From IMG/VR virus record IMGVR_UViG_3300033066_001283, positions 86,264 to 150,263 of that record: a stretch of 64,000 nt of DNA. One strand, written 5' to 3'. Below the pieces are notes generated by a model, which saw only the letters and a program-made list of their open reading frames with translations, was not told the DNA's origin and did not search any database. Origin of the DNA: a virus. Its lineage: Duplodnaviria; Caudoviricetes. Positions 9,903-19,842 of the stretch are shown here, in pieces. Position 1 is the first letter of the stretch. Each line of letters starts with the position of its first letter. A program made the position numbers and the translations under genes.

Positions 9903-10739
9903 TTAATGAACACCAATAGCTACTGCCGCGACATTAGATATTGGATTAACAATTTCACGCCATGGGCTTACGTTGAGAGCAACAAAAGCCATACCTACAG
10001 AGTTACCAAGATCATTCTGGCTGAAACCAGCTGTTTCTTGTGTAATACTCAATCCAAAGAGTGCACATGTTGAAGCATGGCCATCCTTAGTTACACCAAC
10101 TAGAGTAAGATCGAATGGAGGAATCTGATCACTGAAGTTAAACTTCTGTGCACCAACCAATCGAGCAGTATTCCTCAACTGAGCAGCAAGCTCTTCAGCA
10201 AAGGCAGCTTGTGAAAGGCCCTTAATAAGTGAAGAACTATTTGTTCTATTCTGAGACTTATCTCCAGAATCTTGAATAATATACTGATTCGCTTGACCCA
10301 CTCTTCCTGGATTAAGCACAGCTAATGCAGCAGCATCACTATTTGTAGTAGCTAAAAATTGAGCAGCAGAATCTGCACTCCAAAGGTCACCAATATACTT
10401 GGGTCCCTTATGCTGAAGATCAAAAACTCCCTCTAGAAGAGCATGCTTAGTATACTGACTGAATACTAATGATCCTACAACAGCTCGCTTACCTTGAACA
10501 TAGAGCTGTGCATTTCTATCGCCCATAACATAGTTACCAACTGTTTCAGTTGAGATTGACCATGTAATAGACTCTAGGTTGCCAACTCGAATGTTATTGA
10601 TGTAGCAATCAAGGTCACCACCAGTGAAAACAACGTTGTTATTCTGGTTATTATATTGAGAATCAAGTGCCGGATCATTGACAATCTTAGCTCTCGATGT
10701 GTATGCATATCTTGCAAATACGTTATTAGTGTTTGCCAT
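9903..10739 (-). CDS. Probable major tail tube protein
   Basis: Immediately downstream of sheath; FTGGDL, GKRAVVGSLVF, DQIPPFDLTL; strong AGGAG RBS. Confidence 0.65.
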   Translation of the reverse strand: MANTNNVFARYAYTSRAKIVNDPALDSQYNNQNNNVVFTGGDLDCYINNIRVGNLESITWSISTETVGNYVMGDRNAQLYVQGKRAVVGSLVFSQYTKHALLEGVFDLQHKGPKYIGDLWSADSAAQFLATTNSDAAALAVLNPGRVGQANQYIIQDSGDKSQNRTNSSSLIKGLSQAAFAEELAAQLRNTARLVGAQKFNFSDQIPPFDLTLVGVTKDGHASTCALFGLSITQETAGFSQNDLGNSVGMAFVALNVSPWREIVNPISNVAAVAIGVH

Positions 10740-10749
10740 TTATTTCTCC

Positions 10750-12465
10750 TTAAGAACTCTGCCGTACCGCAACGGTCAAGAATATACGTCGTAGAGCTGA
10801 AGCAGGAGCAATTTCCATATAGACTCTAGCAATACCAAGAATGGAGTCAGTACCATCCATTGTTACCCTAAAGTCATATCCAATTCCCTTTCCACCTCGA
10901 AGTGCACCAGATTGAGTGTATCCATCAAGAACGTTCTGAACAGATGTTTCCATTGCTGAAAGAACACCAGCACCAGTTGACTGTCCAAGGAAGTTACTTA
11001 GTTCATAGCTAACATCACTGTGAATGTTATTGCAGAGATGAACTAATTGATAGTTTCTGAAGTACTCATCTCTACCAGCAGCAGTAACGTCATCGAACAC
11101 TACCATTGGGCCAAATGGATCTCTTAGATTTCGTGTAAGGCACACAAATGCACCATTACCAGAGGTATCAGTTATTCCATCATATCCTACACCTTGAACC
11201 AGTTTATTGGCATATTTAGCAGGGTAAGCTGTTCCATATGCAGTGATTCCAGCAACTTCTTTATAGATAGGTGCTCTCTCAGGTGCTAGAGTAGTCAACA
11301 TGGCAGCATAACTTACATGCCAGTTCTCAGAATATCGTCCTAGCTCAGGATGTGTATAAACAACCTGTGGCCCTGCAACTACTGCTAATCGTGCTCCAAG
11401 ATCAATAATACCAGCGACTGGATCATTTCTCTTCCAACCAGCATTAAGTAATGGACCAGCTTTATTCCAACGTAATGTTGAGTTATATGCTGAAGATCCG
11501 TCAGTAGCAAGTAATGCGTTATTAATGTATGTAATTAAAGACGCCTCTTCCCGAAGGTTAGGTGGTCTTGTACCCATAACACCAAAGCAAGGCCTAACTT
11601 CTGCTGATTGTTGATCTAAGAAGTAGATAAAGTCTGATGCAATAGTTGTAGTGGTTTTAGCAGTTGCGTTATCAGCTACAACCTGGTCATCAATGTATAT
11701 TCCAGCTAAGACTGCAACACTAAATTGGAATCTTTGACCTAGAATACTATCAAATGTACCAGAGTCGACAGTTGTAAGCATTGTGGCATATCCTGATACA
11801 CAATCAGCATATGATTCACCTTTAGCTCTTGTACCATTAGTTCCACCAGATAACGTACAAGTACCTGAACTAATTGTAGTACAGGCATTAGTTATTACTG
11901 ATGGATATGTTTCAGGATTAATATAGATCGAGTTGTTTCTACGATCACCATTAATCTGATTAATCATTTCGCCAATATTCAATGAGGAAGCATAAGTTGT
12001 AATGTATGCTCCACCCTTAACAGTTGGCTGGTTCAAATGGAAGGTAACTTGGTTACCTGAAGTGGCAAATGTAACAGAAACCGAATTATACAATCTACCT
12101 GGGTAGAGTGATCGGATGTCCATTGCGCTTCCAAAACTTGAAGCTGAAGTAGCATAAGTACCTGTTGCACGAATACACCAAACATCACCGCAACCTGCTC
12201 CAATTGCTTGAACGGCTGCTTGTGAAATTGAGTTACCTGCATCAAGACCACTCTCAGTGCTTGAGTTTGGATCTAGATAGCTGTTAGTATAAACAGCGGG
12301 CCCAAATATACGGGCTAAGTCAGTGGCGCTTGTAATCTGAACGGGTCTATTCAATGGACCATCAACTGCGGTGCCTATAATAAGCAACCGCTCTGTGGTT
12401 GGACCATTAACAATATTCTTAATCTTCCCGCCGATTGTTGTAAAATACGAGCCTGGAACTGGCAT
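10750..12465 (-). CDS. Contractile tail sheath protein
   Basis: LIIGTAVDGPLNRPVQI...IFG N-terminus, LSGGTNG, C-terminal YDFRV...IAPASALRRIFLTV typical of sheaths. Confidence 0.8.
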   Translation of the reverse strand: MPVPGSYFTTIGGKIKNIVNGPTTERLLIIGTAVDGPLNRPVQITSATDLARIFGPAVYTNSYLDPNSSTESGLDAGNSISQAAVQAIGAGCGDVWCIRATGTYATSASSFGSAMDIRSLYPGRLYNSVSVTFATSGNQVTFHLNQPTVKGGAYITTYASSLNIGEMINQINGDRRNNSIYINPETYPSVITNACTTISSGTCTLSGGTNGTRAKGESYADCVSGYATMLTTVDSGTFDSILGQRFQFSVAVLAGIYIDDQVVADNATAKTTTTIASDFIYFLDQQSAEVRPCFGVMGTRPPNLREEASLITYINNALLATDGSSAYNSTLRWNKAGPLLNAGWKRNDPVAGIIDLGARLAVVAGPQVVYTHPELGRYSENWHVSYAAMLTTLAPERAPIYKEVAGITAYGTAYPAKYANKLVQGVGYDGITDTSGNGAFVCLTRNLRDPFGPMVVFDDVTAAGRDEYFRNYQLVHLCNNIHSDVSYELSNFLGQSTGAGVLSAMETSVQNVLDGYTQSGALRGGKGIGYDFRVTMDGTDSILGIARVYMEIAPASALRRIFLTVAVRQSS

Positions 12466-12481
12466 TTGTTATTTCTCCTTA

Positions 12482-13330
12482 CTACGATTTAATGATGGTT
12501 TGAACGGTGGCAGGACCTGCTAGAATATAATCTACTCGGAACTGTTCTCCAACGGAGGGACCTACACCATTATCAGTCCACTCTATATAAGCTACGTTGT
12601 CGTCATCATATTTGATTTTATAATCAACATCCTTTACAGTAGGAGTACTTGTTACTTGTCTAACTATTCTAGTTATATCAACAACACGTTTTCCTACATC
12701 TACAGGAACGTACAGTTTCGAGGTTGCGTTTGATCTAACAATAATCTTAGAATCTGCTAGAGATCCTAATCTTGCTTCTTGTTCGATCATTCTAAGCTGA
12801 GGTACAGCATGAATATACTTGATAGGTACTACTGCTTCAAATCTTAATGTTCTAACCATCAATTCGTCTTGGTTTTTCCACATAAGAGTAGAATCACCAA
12901 CTTGTTCTGAGAACACCATTGAGAATCCTAATACTTCTGATTGAACTACCGAGACAACTTGTAAGATCGCATTTTCTAGATTCCAAGCAATTTCTTCTAC
13001 TTCCTCTGAAGAGGTACCAAATACAGCAAATTCATAGACGACTCTCTGCTGCTGCATATGTTCTTCAAATTGATATCCAGTATCTGAATTACCTACATAT
13101 CTATAAAAACTAGCTCCTCTTGCTTGTGCTATATTATCCTTTCCACCACCTGGAATTCTTCTAAAGATTCTCCAGACAATGGTTGGTTTATTTACAGCTT
13201 TCTGAGGATAGGCATTCGAAACTTCAACACCATATTTAGTTATGAAGTATTCTTCAATCTTGCTCCAAATTTTCTTGGGTATATCATACGGACTAATATT
13301 CGATTGTGTATCCAGTTTGTTCGTAGACAT
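12482..13330 (-). CDS. Putative tail terminator/neck protein
   Basis: Upstream of sheath; YEFAVFGTS.EEVEEIAWNLE pattern. Confidence 0.45.
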   Translation of the reverse strand: MSTNKLDTQSNISPYDIPKKIWSKIEEYFITKYGVEVSNAYPQKAVNKPTIVWRIFRRIPGGGKDNIAQARGASFYRYVGNSDTGYQFEEHMQQQRVVYEFAVFGTSSEEVEEIAWNLENAILQVVSVVQSEVLGFSMVFSEQVGDSTLMWKNQDELMVRTLRFEAVVPIKYIHAVPQLRMIEQEARLGSLADSKIIVRSNATSKLYVPVDVGKRVVDITRIVRQVTSTPTVKDVDYKIKYDDDNVAYIEWTDNGVGPSVGEQFRVDYILAGPATVQTIIKS

Positions 13331-13350
13331 CCTATCTATAGTAGAGGAGC

Positions 13351-14763
13351 TTACTTATTCTTAACTACAAAAGAAATATTAAGAATTTCGTTGCTAACTA
13401 TACCTTCTATACCCACAAACATATCCTCGCCCTTGACTATAACACTTACATTGGTAATCTTAACAAAAGCTATAGTAGATAATATCTGGGTGATATCTCT
13501 TTGCATTAAGCTATTAACACCTTGTGGAATCAATTGGCCAATATATCTAAAGCAATAGGTTCTTGCAAGGCTTATAATCTCAGCTACTTTAGAGTGGTAA
13601 ATAAAGCTATAATTACTAATATCTCCTAGTGAGTTTACTCCTCTATACGTACTTATATCGTTCTTAATATAACGCATTAAAGGTACAAATCCATTAGTTA
13701 TCAGTAATTCTAGATCTGATTCCTGTAAAGTAGGTGTGAACGAATCTACTGATAGTGGTAGATTAGTTAGGTTATCATTCAACGATTTAGATATGGCTAT
13801 AGCAGCAGCTTCAGCACCATATCTAGTAACTTGCTTACCTTCAATAGTAGTTGTTACTTCACCAGCAACAAGTACAATCTGGCTACTTCTATAAGGTATT
13901 TGTGTAGCCATAGTATCAACCCACGTAGACGCTGGGCTAGTTACCATTGGTGAATTCAAGAAATATATTCTAGGTTGACCAGTAGGATCAGCAATAAAAT
14001 CTGCAATTTTAATAATATAATCTGAAGTAGCTTCAGCTGGTATACACACATGAGTAACTTCTGTCGGAAAGAATCCATAGTTAATTAAATTATCTAACGT
14101 AGATGAATTTATTGTTCCATCAGAGCCCCCACTCATGTACGAACTAAAAGGAGATAAAGTATCAGTAAAAGTCTCCACATAGATTGGAGAAGATCCTAAT
14201 CTAAACTTACTGTCTAACCAAGCAGGGAAATTATGAACATCACCTGTATAACTTAAGGCTGGATAGTTAGGTTCTAAGCCTGATACAGTAAATCCAGATC
14301 CTGTGTAACTAATATAAACCTTATTATACTTAACTCCACCATACTTAGATTTGAATATCCAGTCTCCTACTACTAAGCTAGCTTTCTCTCCACCTATTCT
14401 TACAACATATGGAGCAGTTCCTGTATCAGCTTGGAACTTTTTAGCTGAGGCTATTAAATCTGAATAAGCTATATAGGGTGTGTAGGTTAGATCAACTAAT
14501 TGATTTCCTGAACCTCCTATTGTTCCAAATAATAATGTTGAGCCTGAAACGATTGGTGAATATAGCCAACTATTAACATAGTTTACCTTATTAGTAGGAG
14601 TTTTCCAGGGAGTATATTCTAAAGTTACTGAAGAAGCTGATGGGGATAAATATTGACGCTGTACATAATTTCCACCATATAGTGCTACATCATCACCTGA
14701 AAATAATTTAACTTGATAGCTGGGACCATCAGTTGCTGTTCCTACCAATAAGACTTTTGCCAT
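13351..14763 (-). CDS. Second tail sheath-like protein
   Basis: VLLVGTATDGP, KSKYGGVKYNKV, MSGGSDG align with 10750..12465. Confidence 0.6.
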   Translation of the reverse strand: MAKVLLVGTATDGPSYQVKLFSGDDVALYGGNYVQRQYLSPSASSVTLEYTPWKTPTNKVNYVNSWLYSPIVSGSTLLFGTIGGSGNQLVDLTYTPYIAYSDLIASAKKFQADTGTAPYVVRIGGEKASLVVGDWIFKSKYGGVKYNKVYISYTGSGFTVSGLEPNYPALSYTGDVHNFPAWLDSKFRLGSSPIYVETFTDTLSPFSSYMSGGSDGTINSSTLDNLINYGFFPTEVTHVCIPAEATSDYIIKIADFIADPTGQPRIYFLNSPMVTSPASTWVDTMATQIPYRSSQIVLVAGEVTTTIEGKQVTRYGAEAAAIAISKSLNDNLTNLPLSVDSFTPTLQESDLELLITNGFVPLMRYIKNDISTYRGVNSLGDISNYSFIYHSKVAEIISLARTYCFRYIGQLIPQGVNSLMQRDITQILSTIAFVKITNVSVIVKGEDMFVGIEGIVSNEILNISFVVKNK

Positions 14764-15359
14764 TCGCCACCTGATTCTAACACTTTTATATTTGAAACTA
14801 GATTTACAGCTTTACTAAACCTATCTGCATTAATTCCATACTCTTCTAGCCCACAACCAAAGAAGCTAAGTTCTCGCTCAAAATGATTGTTTATCTGCTT
14901 AATTAAGAACACATCAGTAATATTTAGTATTCTAGGTTTAGTGCTATTACTAATAGATTGTGTAGGTTTATCCCATTCTACTATACAGATTAAATCTTCT
15001 AATTGAGGTTTTACCACTCTAGGGAAGAAGACTACAGCTTTAAAGTACTGAATGAAACCTGGATCCTGTCTAATATCAGATTCCCTTGGCGAAATAGAGG
15101 TGCCACCAAAGTCAAATCTACAAGGAACTATTTGTGGTGTAATTTTAACACCTGTACCCCAGCAGAAAGAATCTACCTTATTTACTGCTAAAGATGATTG
15201 ACCTTCAGCACTATAATGAGTAGGACATTTAAATCGTTCATCACGTCTTAAATAAAGAGAAAACTGACAGTTCTCATCTATAAAGTCCCTAGCATGACTA
15301 CCTATTGGAGAACTATCTTTCCAGTTCCCTTTCTTTACACCCCAATCATTCATAGCCAA
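14742..15359 (-). CDS. Putative head-closure/neck protein
   Basis: Gene position; KCP...FCWGTG putative Zn-ribbon-like motif. Confidence 0.4.
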   Translation of the reverse strand: MAMNDWGVKKGNWKDSSPIGSHARDFIDENCQFSLYLRRDERFKCPTHYSAEGQSSLAVNKVDSFCWGTGVKITPQIVPCRFDFGGTSISPRESDIRQDPGFIQYFKAVVFFPRVVKPQLEDLICIVEWDKPTQSISNSTKPRILNITDVFLIKQINNHFERELSFFGCGLEEYGINADRFSKAVNLVSNIKVLESGGEWQKSYW

Positions 15360-16900
15360 CTATCATCCCTGTGTGATTCAACCCAGTTTACACTTTGATC
15401 CCAGTCCCATACAGCAGGACTCCAGTCAGCAGATCTTGCAGCAGATTTTGGTAGATCTGATGGAATTAGGTAGTTCTCCCATTCCTTTAGATCCTTACCA
15501 GCAGTGTCTAATGCTAGTTTCATTGCATCAATGAAATCTTTAGATAGGCTATCTGAATAATCTCCTAACTTCCTAGCTCTACCTACATCTCTCAACTGTT
15601 CCATTAGAACAGACTGGAGAATCTTATATGTTGCAGCTGCTTCAACCCATTTTAGTACACCAAAGCTCTTAAGGTTACTTGAATCCCTAACCACCTTCTC
15701 AGTAAGTGTATCACCATAGAAAGTATACATAGTTGGGATCATAATATAACCATAGAATCTAGCATTAGCTTCTAAGCTTGCTTGGTAAATCCAGAAGTTA
15801 ATTAAATCATCAGGAATCTGCCCTTCTGCACCTAATAGTCTTGCTCTAATTGCACGTTTATCCACATAATATGGATCATACATTCCTGAGATATAATAGC
15901 TATAGTCTTCATCTAACGCAATTCCATCAGTATTCAGCATTTCTCCTGAGATACTAAAATCATACCTCATATTCTTTGAGATAGTCTCAGAAGGAGTGAA
16001 TGTTAATTTCTTACCTGATAAAGACCAAGATCCTGCTATATCAGCTTCAATGTAAGAGCTTACATCATCGTTTCTTGGGAGTTGCGCTTTCTTCTTCGCT
16101 GTAACATATGAAGTAAAGTCAGAAGCGGGTGTAGAGCTAAATGTGAAGGAAATAGTCGGAAAAGCTGGTAAGTGTGTGGCTCCATTAGTAAATCCAATTT
16201 TTGTTATTCCAAATGTATCTACATCCGCCCAAGTTTGATTGGATGTAGGGTGTGCAATTTGAACACTGCCAAAGTAGAATGAGTTAACATCTGAGTAGAC
16301 TCCAGAAACACTACTGGTGAAGCTTTCAACTCGCCAATAATATGTTGTTTCAGAATTGAATGATCCTGCTGGAGTTATAGCACTAGATGTTGTCGTAGAA
16401 GTGTAAAGTGGGGAAATAAAATTCCAATTATCATCTAGTACGACTCTGTAATAGACAGTTCCTGTAGCAGAAGAGCTCCAGGATAACGTTGGAAATACAT
16501 CTAATATGGATGCATTTGCTGGGCTTAAAAGGGTAACAGGGCTTAAACTAACAGAATCAGTATTAAAATCCCATTGATACTTATTAGTGCTCTTTCTACC
16601 GTCTGTGGAAGCAACACCATTTCTTACGAAGATTCTATACTTCTTGCCTCTAGGAAGATCCTGGGCAGCAATTAAGGTCAATCTTCTAGTGTTAGCTGTG
16701 TAACTAACATAACTAGTAGGAATTATAGTACTAGTTAAATCATCCATTAGTACAACTAGTTGAGCCCTAGTTGCATCATTTGAGAATTGTGCAGTATCTA
16801 CATCCACTGACCAATCTAGGATGATTGTTGGTCTTAGATCTGTAACCGCTGAATCTTTCAAGGTTGGAAAGAAATAAGTGAGTTCTGGAATATACTGCAT
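15350..16900 (-). CDS. Virion protein with Ig-like/FN3 domains and a possible head-tail adaptor C-terminus
   Basis: Beta-rich repeats (LTLIAAQDLPRGKKYRIFV; TTYYWRVES; LTFTPSETISKNMRY); directly follows MCP. Confidence 0.55.
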   Translation of the reverse strand: MQYIPELTYFFPTLKDSAVTDLRPTIILDWSVDVDTAQFSNDATRAQLVVLMDDLTSTIIPTSYVSYTANTRRLTLIAAQDLPRGKKYRIFVRNGVASTDGRKSTNKYQWDFNTDSVSLSPVTLLSPANASILDVFPTLSWSSSATGTVYYRVVLDDNWNFISPLYTSTTTSSAITPAGSFNSETTYYWRVESFTSSVSGVYSDVNSFYFGSVQIAHPTSNQTWADVDTFGITKIGFTNGATHLPAFPTISFTFSSTPASDFTSYVTAKKKAQLPRNDDVSSYIEADIAGSWSLSGKKLTFTPSETISKNMRYDFSISGEMLNTDGIALDEDYSYYISGMYDPYYVDKRAIRARLLGAEGQIPDDLINFWIYQASLEANARFYGYIMIPTMYTFYGDTLTEKVVRDSSNLKSFGVLKWVEAAATYKILQSVLMEQLRDVGRARKLGDYSDSLSKDFIDAMKLALDTAGKDLKEWENYLIPSDLPKSAARSADWSPAVWDWDQSVNWVESHRDDSWL

Positions 16901-16920
16901 CGGTTATATGAAATAGAGGA

Positions 16921-16957
16921 AGAAAATAGGGTGGACCCCCGTGAGAAAGGTCCACCC
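16921..16957 (-). terminator. Intrinsic terminator after major capsid gene
   Basis: Minus strand GGGTGGACCT...GGGTCCACCC hairpin followed by TATTTTCT. Confidence 0.75.
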
Positions 16958-16990
16958 ATGTAGGAGGTAGTACTGTTACTGCTTACCCAA

Positions 16991-18280
16991 TTAGCTGGTA
17001 ACAGTGCGGATTGTAAACAGTGCTTCCTGGTTAACGTCCACTCGAATGTTTCGGGCCACACACATACCCTTACCATTATCTTTAGCAGAGATACCAAGAT
17101 GCTGCTTAGCCTTAAGAGTGGTTGAATCTCTATACCAGTTATCCATCTGATCCATCTGGATTCCACCACGCTGTGCCATGTACAAAGAGTTATCCTTGTC
17201 AATTAGGTAGAGATCGCTAAGAACCTTAGCAGTACCAAAACCTGAACCTGTCCAAGAAACTAGTGCCTTGTTTTCAGCATAAGGAATTGCATAGTATGGA
17301 ACATACTGAACACCAAATGGGAAGTTATGACTCTGATCAAATTGAGGAGGAGTAGTCCAGACTCCAGCACCAAGCTGTCCACCGTGATAGAACTGAGCTC
17401 GAATAATTGGATCCTGTGCGAATACTGGCCACATCAATGGATGAGCTAGGAAGTGAGTAGCATTGTATCGGTTGCCCAATAGAACACCAAACATCTTCAC
17501 CAAGTCATTATAGCTGAAGGTACCATTGGCAATCAAAGTTCCACCAGAAAGACCCTTACCAGTTGTCTGGTAGGTTGTCTGCTGAGAGTTCTCAAGAGAC
17601 ACTTCTGGTTTGGGGAATGTTCGATCAATATCGTTATCGAAGACAACCTGTGCTCGCTGGGTCAAAGCCTGGAAGAGCATTGATTCCTTCTTGAGCTGGA
17701 TTGCCTGACTCATCAACCGCATATTGAGCTTAAGAATCGGCCACATGGACTGATTAATAACCTCTTCAGAAACACCCATCGAGAGACCGATCTTTCTGAT
17801 GCGGATTGATGTCATGTGCTGTTGGAAGCTGAGGCTCTGGTTAGGATACTCTTGGTTCTCAGCAACTTCAAACGCTTGAACGCTTGAAACTGTAGGGAAC
17901 TCAACCAACAGTGGATTGTTGTCAGGTAGATTAACAATATCTGCAACACTGTTCTGTAGGAACAAATTCGGCATGCGAGGCTCCTGAAGAACCTCAGAGA
18001 TGACACGTGGGAAGACGATTGATACGTCAGCTGAAGTTAAAGCTTCCTTAACAGCAAGCCCTGGATTATCAATTACCTGCTCACCAGCAAATGTTTCACC
18101 AGTAAACTGGGAATACACATACTCCTGAGCTTGATTAATCTTCTTCTGGATTTCCGCTGGAGTGTACTCACCCTCACCTTCGCCAATCTTTAGACCATTC
18201 GCTTCTGCAAATGCTTGGATTGAAGGCTCAAGTTCCTTCCTCTTCGCTTCCTGCATTAAACTAAAAATATTCTTTTTCAT
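16991..18280 (-). CDS. Major capsid protein
   Basis: 429 aa, downstream of protease; AFEVAENQEYP, IRKIGLSMGVSEEVI, ATHFLAHPLMW consistent with HK97-fold MCPs; followed by terminator. Confidence 0.8.
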   Translation of the reverse strand: MKKNIFSLMQEAKRKELEPSIQAFAEANGLKIGEGEGEYTPAEIQKKINQAQEYVYSQFTGETFAGEQVIDNPGLAVKEALTSADVSIVFPRVISEVLQEPRMPNLFLQNSVADIVNLPDNNPLLVEFPTVSSVQAFEVAENQEYPNQSLSFQQHMTSIRIRKIGLSMGVSEEVINQSMWPILKLNMRLMSQAIQLKKESMLFQALTQRAQVVFDNDIDRTFPKPEVSLENSQQTTYQTTGKGLSGGTLIANGTFSYNDLVKMFGVLLGNRYNATHFLAHPLMWPVFAQDPIIRAQFYHGGQLGAGVWTTPPQFDQSHNFPFGVQYVPYYAIPYAENKALVSWTGSGFGTAKVLSDLYLIDKDNSLYMAQRGGIQMDQMDNWYRDSTTLKAKQHLGISAKDNGKGMCVARNIRVDVNQEALFTIRTVTS

Positions 18281-18344
18281 TTTCTATTTCTTTCCTTGTT
18301 TTAATTCTTAGCCTGTTGGGGGAAGTTATCCCCCAACCTTATTC

Positions 18345-19841
18345 TTAATAAACGAATAGTCTAAGACCTCCAACGACGTCTGAGAGGTTAAGCCAAGAAG
18401 GAGTACCGTAAGCTGCTGTAGATGGTGTAAGATTTACAGTGTTTCCATAAACATCAGTTGTCGGATAACCAGTTCCGGTTGATCCTGAGTTAATGCTAGA
18501 TGGAACGTTTCGACCATCAGTTAGACCGATAATTCCACCACCCCATAGAACAGCACCATCTCGGGGAGAAGTGATGTAGCTATAGGTAACTCGAACAGTG
18601 ATTGCTGTACCAGTGATTGGAGTAACGTTAGTACCAATCTCGATAATACCAGTTCGTGGGTTAATACTGTGGTATAAACCGTTGAAATACTGGCGAGAAT
18701 CAAGCATAGTGCTATTTGGCAATGTGTAGTATGCCGAAGCGTATGCAGTAGTTCCAGAGTCTCCACCATCCTTATCAATAATTCTCGCATTAGTAACTTG
18801 AACAGTTACAGGATGGAAAATTGAGATTGGATAGTTAGCAACTCGGAAGATATTGGTAGTAGATGACTGAACAGTAGCAGTTTCATTAGTAACCGCAGTT
18901 ACGTTCTGTCTCTGCTGTGCAGGTGGGAAGTTGAGGTAGTCCTGTGGAGCATACTCAACCCATTTGAGGAAGTCATCTCTATTAAGCATATCTTGAATGC
19001 TCTGAATTCGATGAACTTCACCACCAACTTGGTTAGCATCTTGACCATACTCATACCAAACTTCAGTAACTGAAGATCCGAAAGTAACATACCACATCGC
19101 CCAATCTGAACTATAAACTAAAGTTGTATAGTTGTTAGACAACCGATCTGGATAGTTACCGTTAGTAAAGGTCTGTCCTGTCTGAACCTGTGTACCACCT
19201 GATCCAGAGAACGCAGCTACGATTCGTGGTGTAATACCAGGATAAAGAGCAGCAGGAAGCTGAACAGTTGTGGAAGCAGCACCAGTAGCTGTGTAAAGTC
19301 TCTTAGCAATCCACTTTACTGGCTTTCCTCGGTGAAGATAAGAAGGTACTGAGGTTGAAGTTGTTGAACCGTAATAACCAGTAAGCTTATCACCTGAAAC
19401 TAATGTACCAAAACCATTATAGGAGTTATTAATACTTAAAATGTAAGGTACTTCAGCAACAAAGCCCTTTCGGAACTTTACTGTATTACTATCGGTCATG
19501 AACTCATTCATTTCCTTGTACATCTGGTTAACAGACATACCAGCAGGAGTGAGGTTCCAACCATCGTGTAGGGTAAGAGGTGTGCGGCCTGTATCGTTAA
19601 TTTCCATACGATATCGGTTGGTACCACGTCCACCACTAAATCCAATTGAAACAAATCGCCCAGTCGGAATAACAATAGCAGCCGCTGGATCGAATGGATC
19701 CACCGCTAGTGTTGGGGCGAAGGGGTCTACTTTGAATGCGCCTGGAGGAACTGTACCAACGTTATCAGGGGACACCTCAATATGTGGCGTCCACTTCCTT
19801 CCCGGTACAAAGTTGCTTCCAAACATGCTAGAAAATGCCAT
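18345..19841 (-). CDS. Capsid-associated structural/decoration protein
   Basis: Between protease and MCP; IVIPTGRFVS, S/T/G-rich beta composition. Confidence 0.5.
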   Translation of the reverse strand: MAFSSMFGSNFVPGRKWTPHIEVSPDNVGTVPPGAFKVDPFAPTLAVDPFDPAAAIVIPTGRFVSIGFSGGRGTNRYRMEINDTGRTPLTLHDGWNLTPAGMSVNQMYKEMNEFMTDSNTVKFRKGFVAEVPYILSINNSYNGFGTLVSGDKLTGYYGSTTSTSVPSYLHRGKPVKWIAKRLYTATGAASTTVQLPAALYPGITPRIVAAFSGSGGTQVQTGQTFTNGNYPDRLSNNYTTLVYSSDWAMWYVTFGSSVTEVWYEYGQDANQVGGEVHRIQSIQDMLNRDDFLKWVEYAPQDYLNFPPAQQRQNVTAVTNETATVQSSTTNIFRVANYPISIFHPVTVQVTNARIIDKDGGDSGTTAYASAYYTLPNSTMLDSRQYFNGLYHSINPRTGIIEIGTNVTPITGTAITVRVTYSYITSPRDGAVLWGGGIIGLTDGRNVPSSINSGSTGTGYPTTDVYGNTVNLTPSTAAYGTPSWLNLSDVVGGLRLFVY

Positions 19842-19842
19842 T

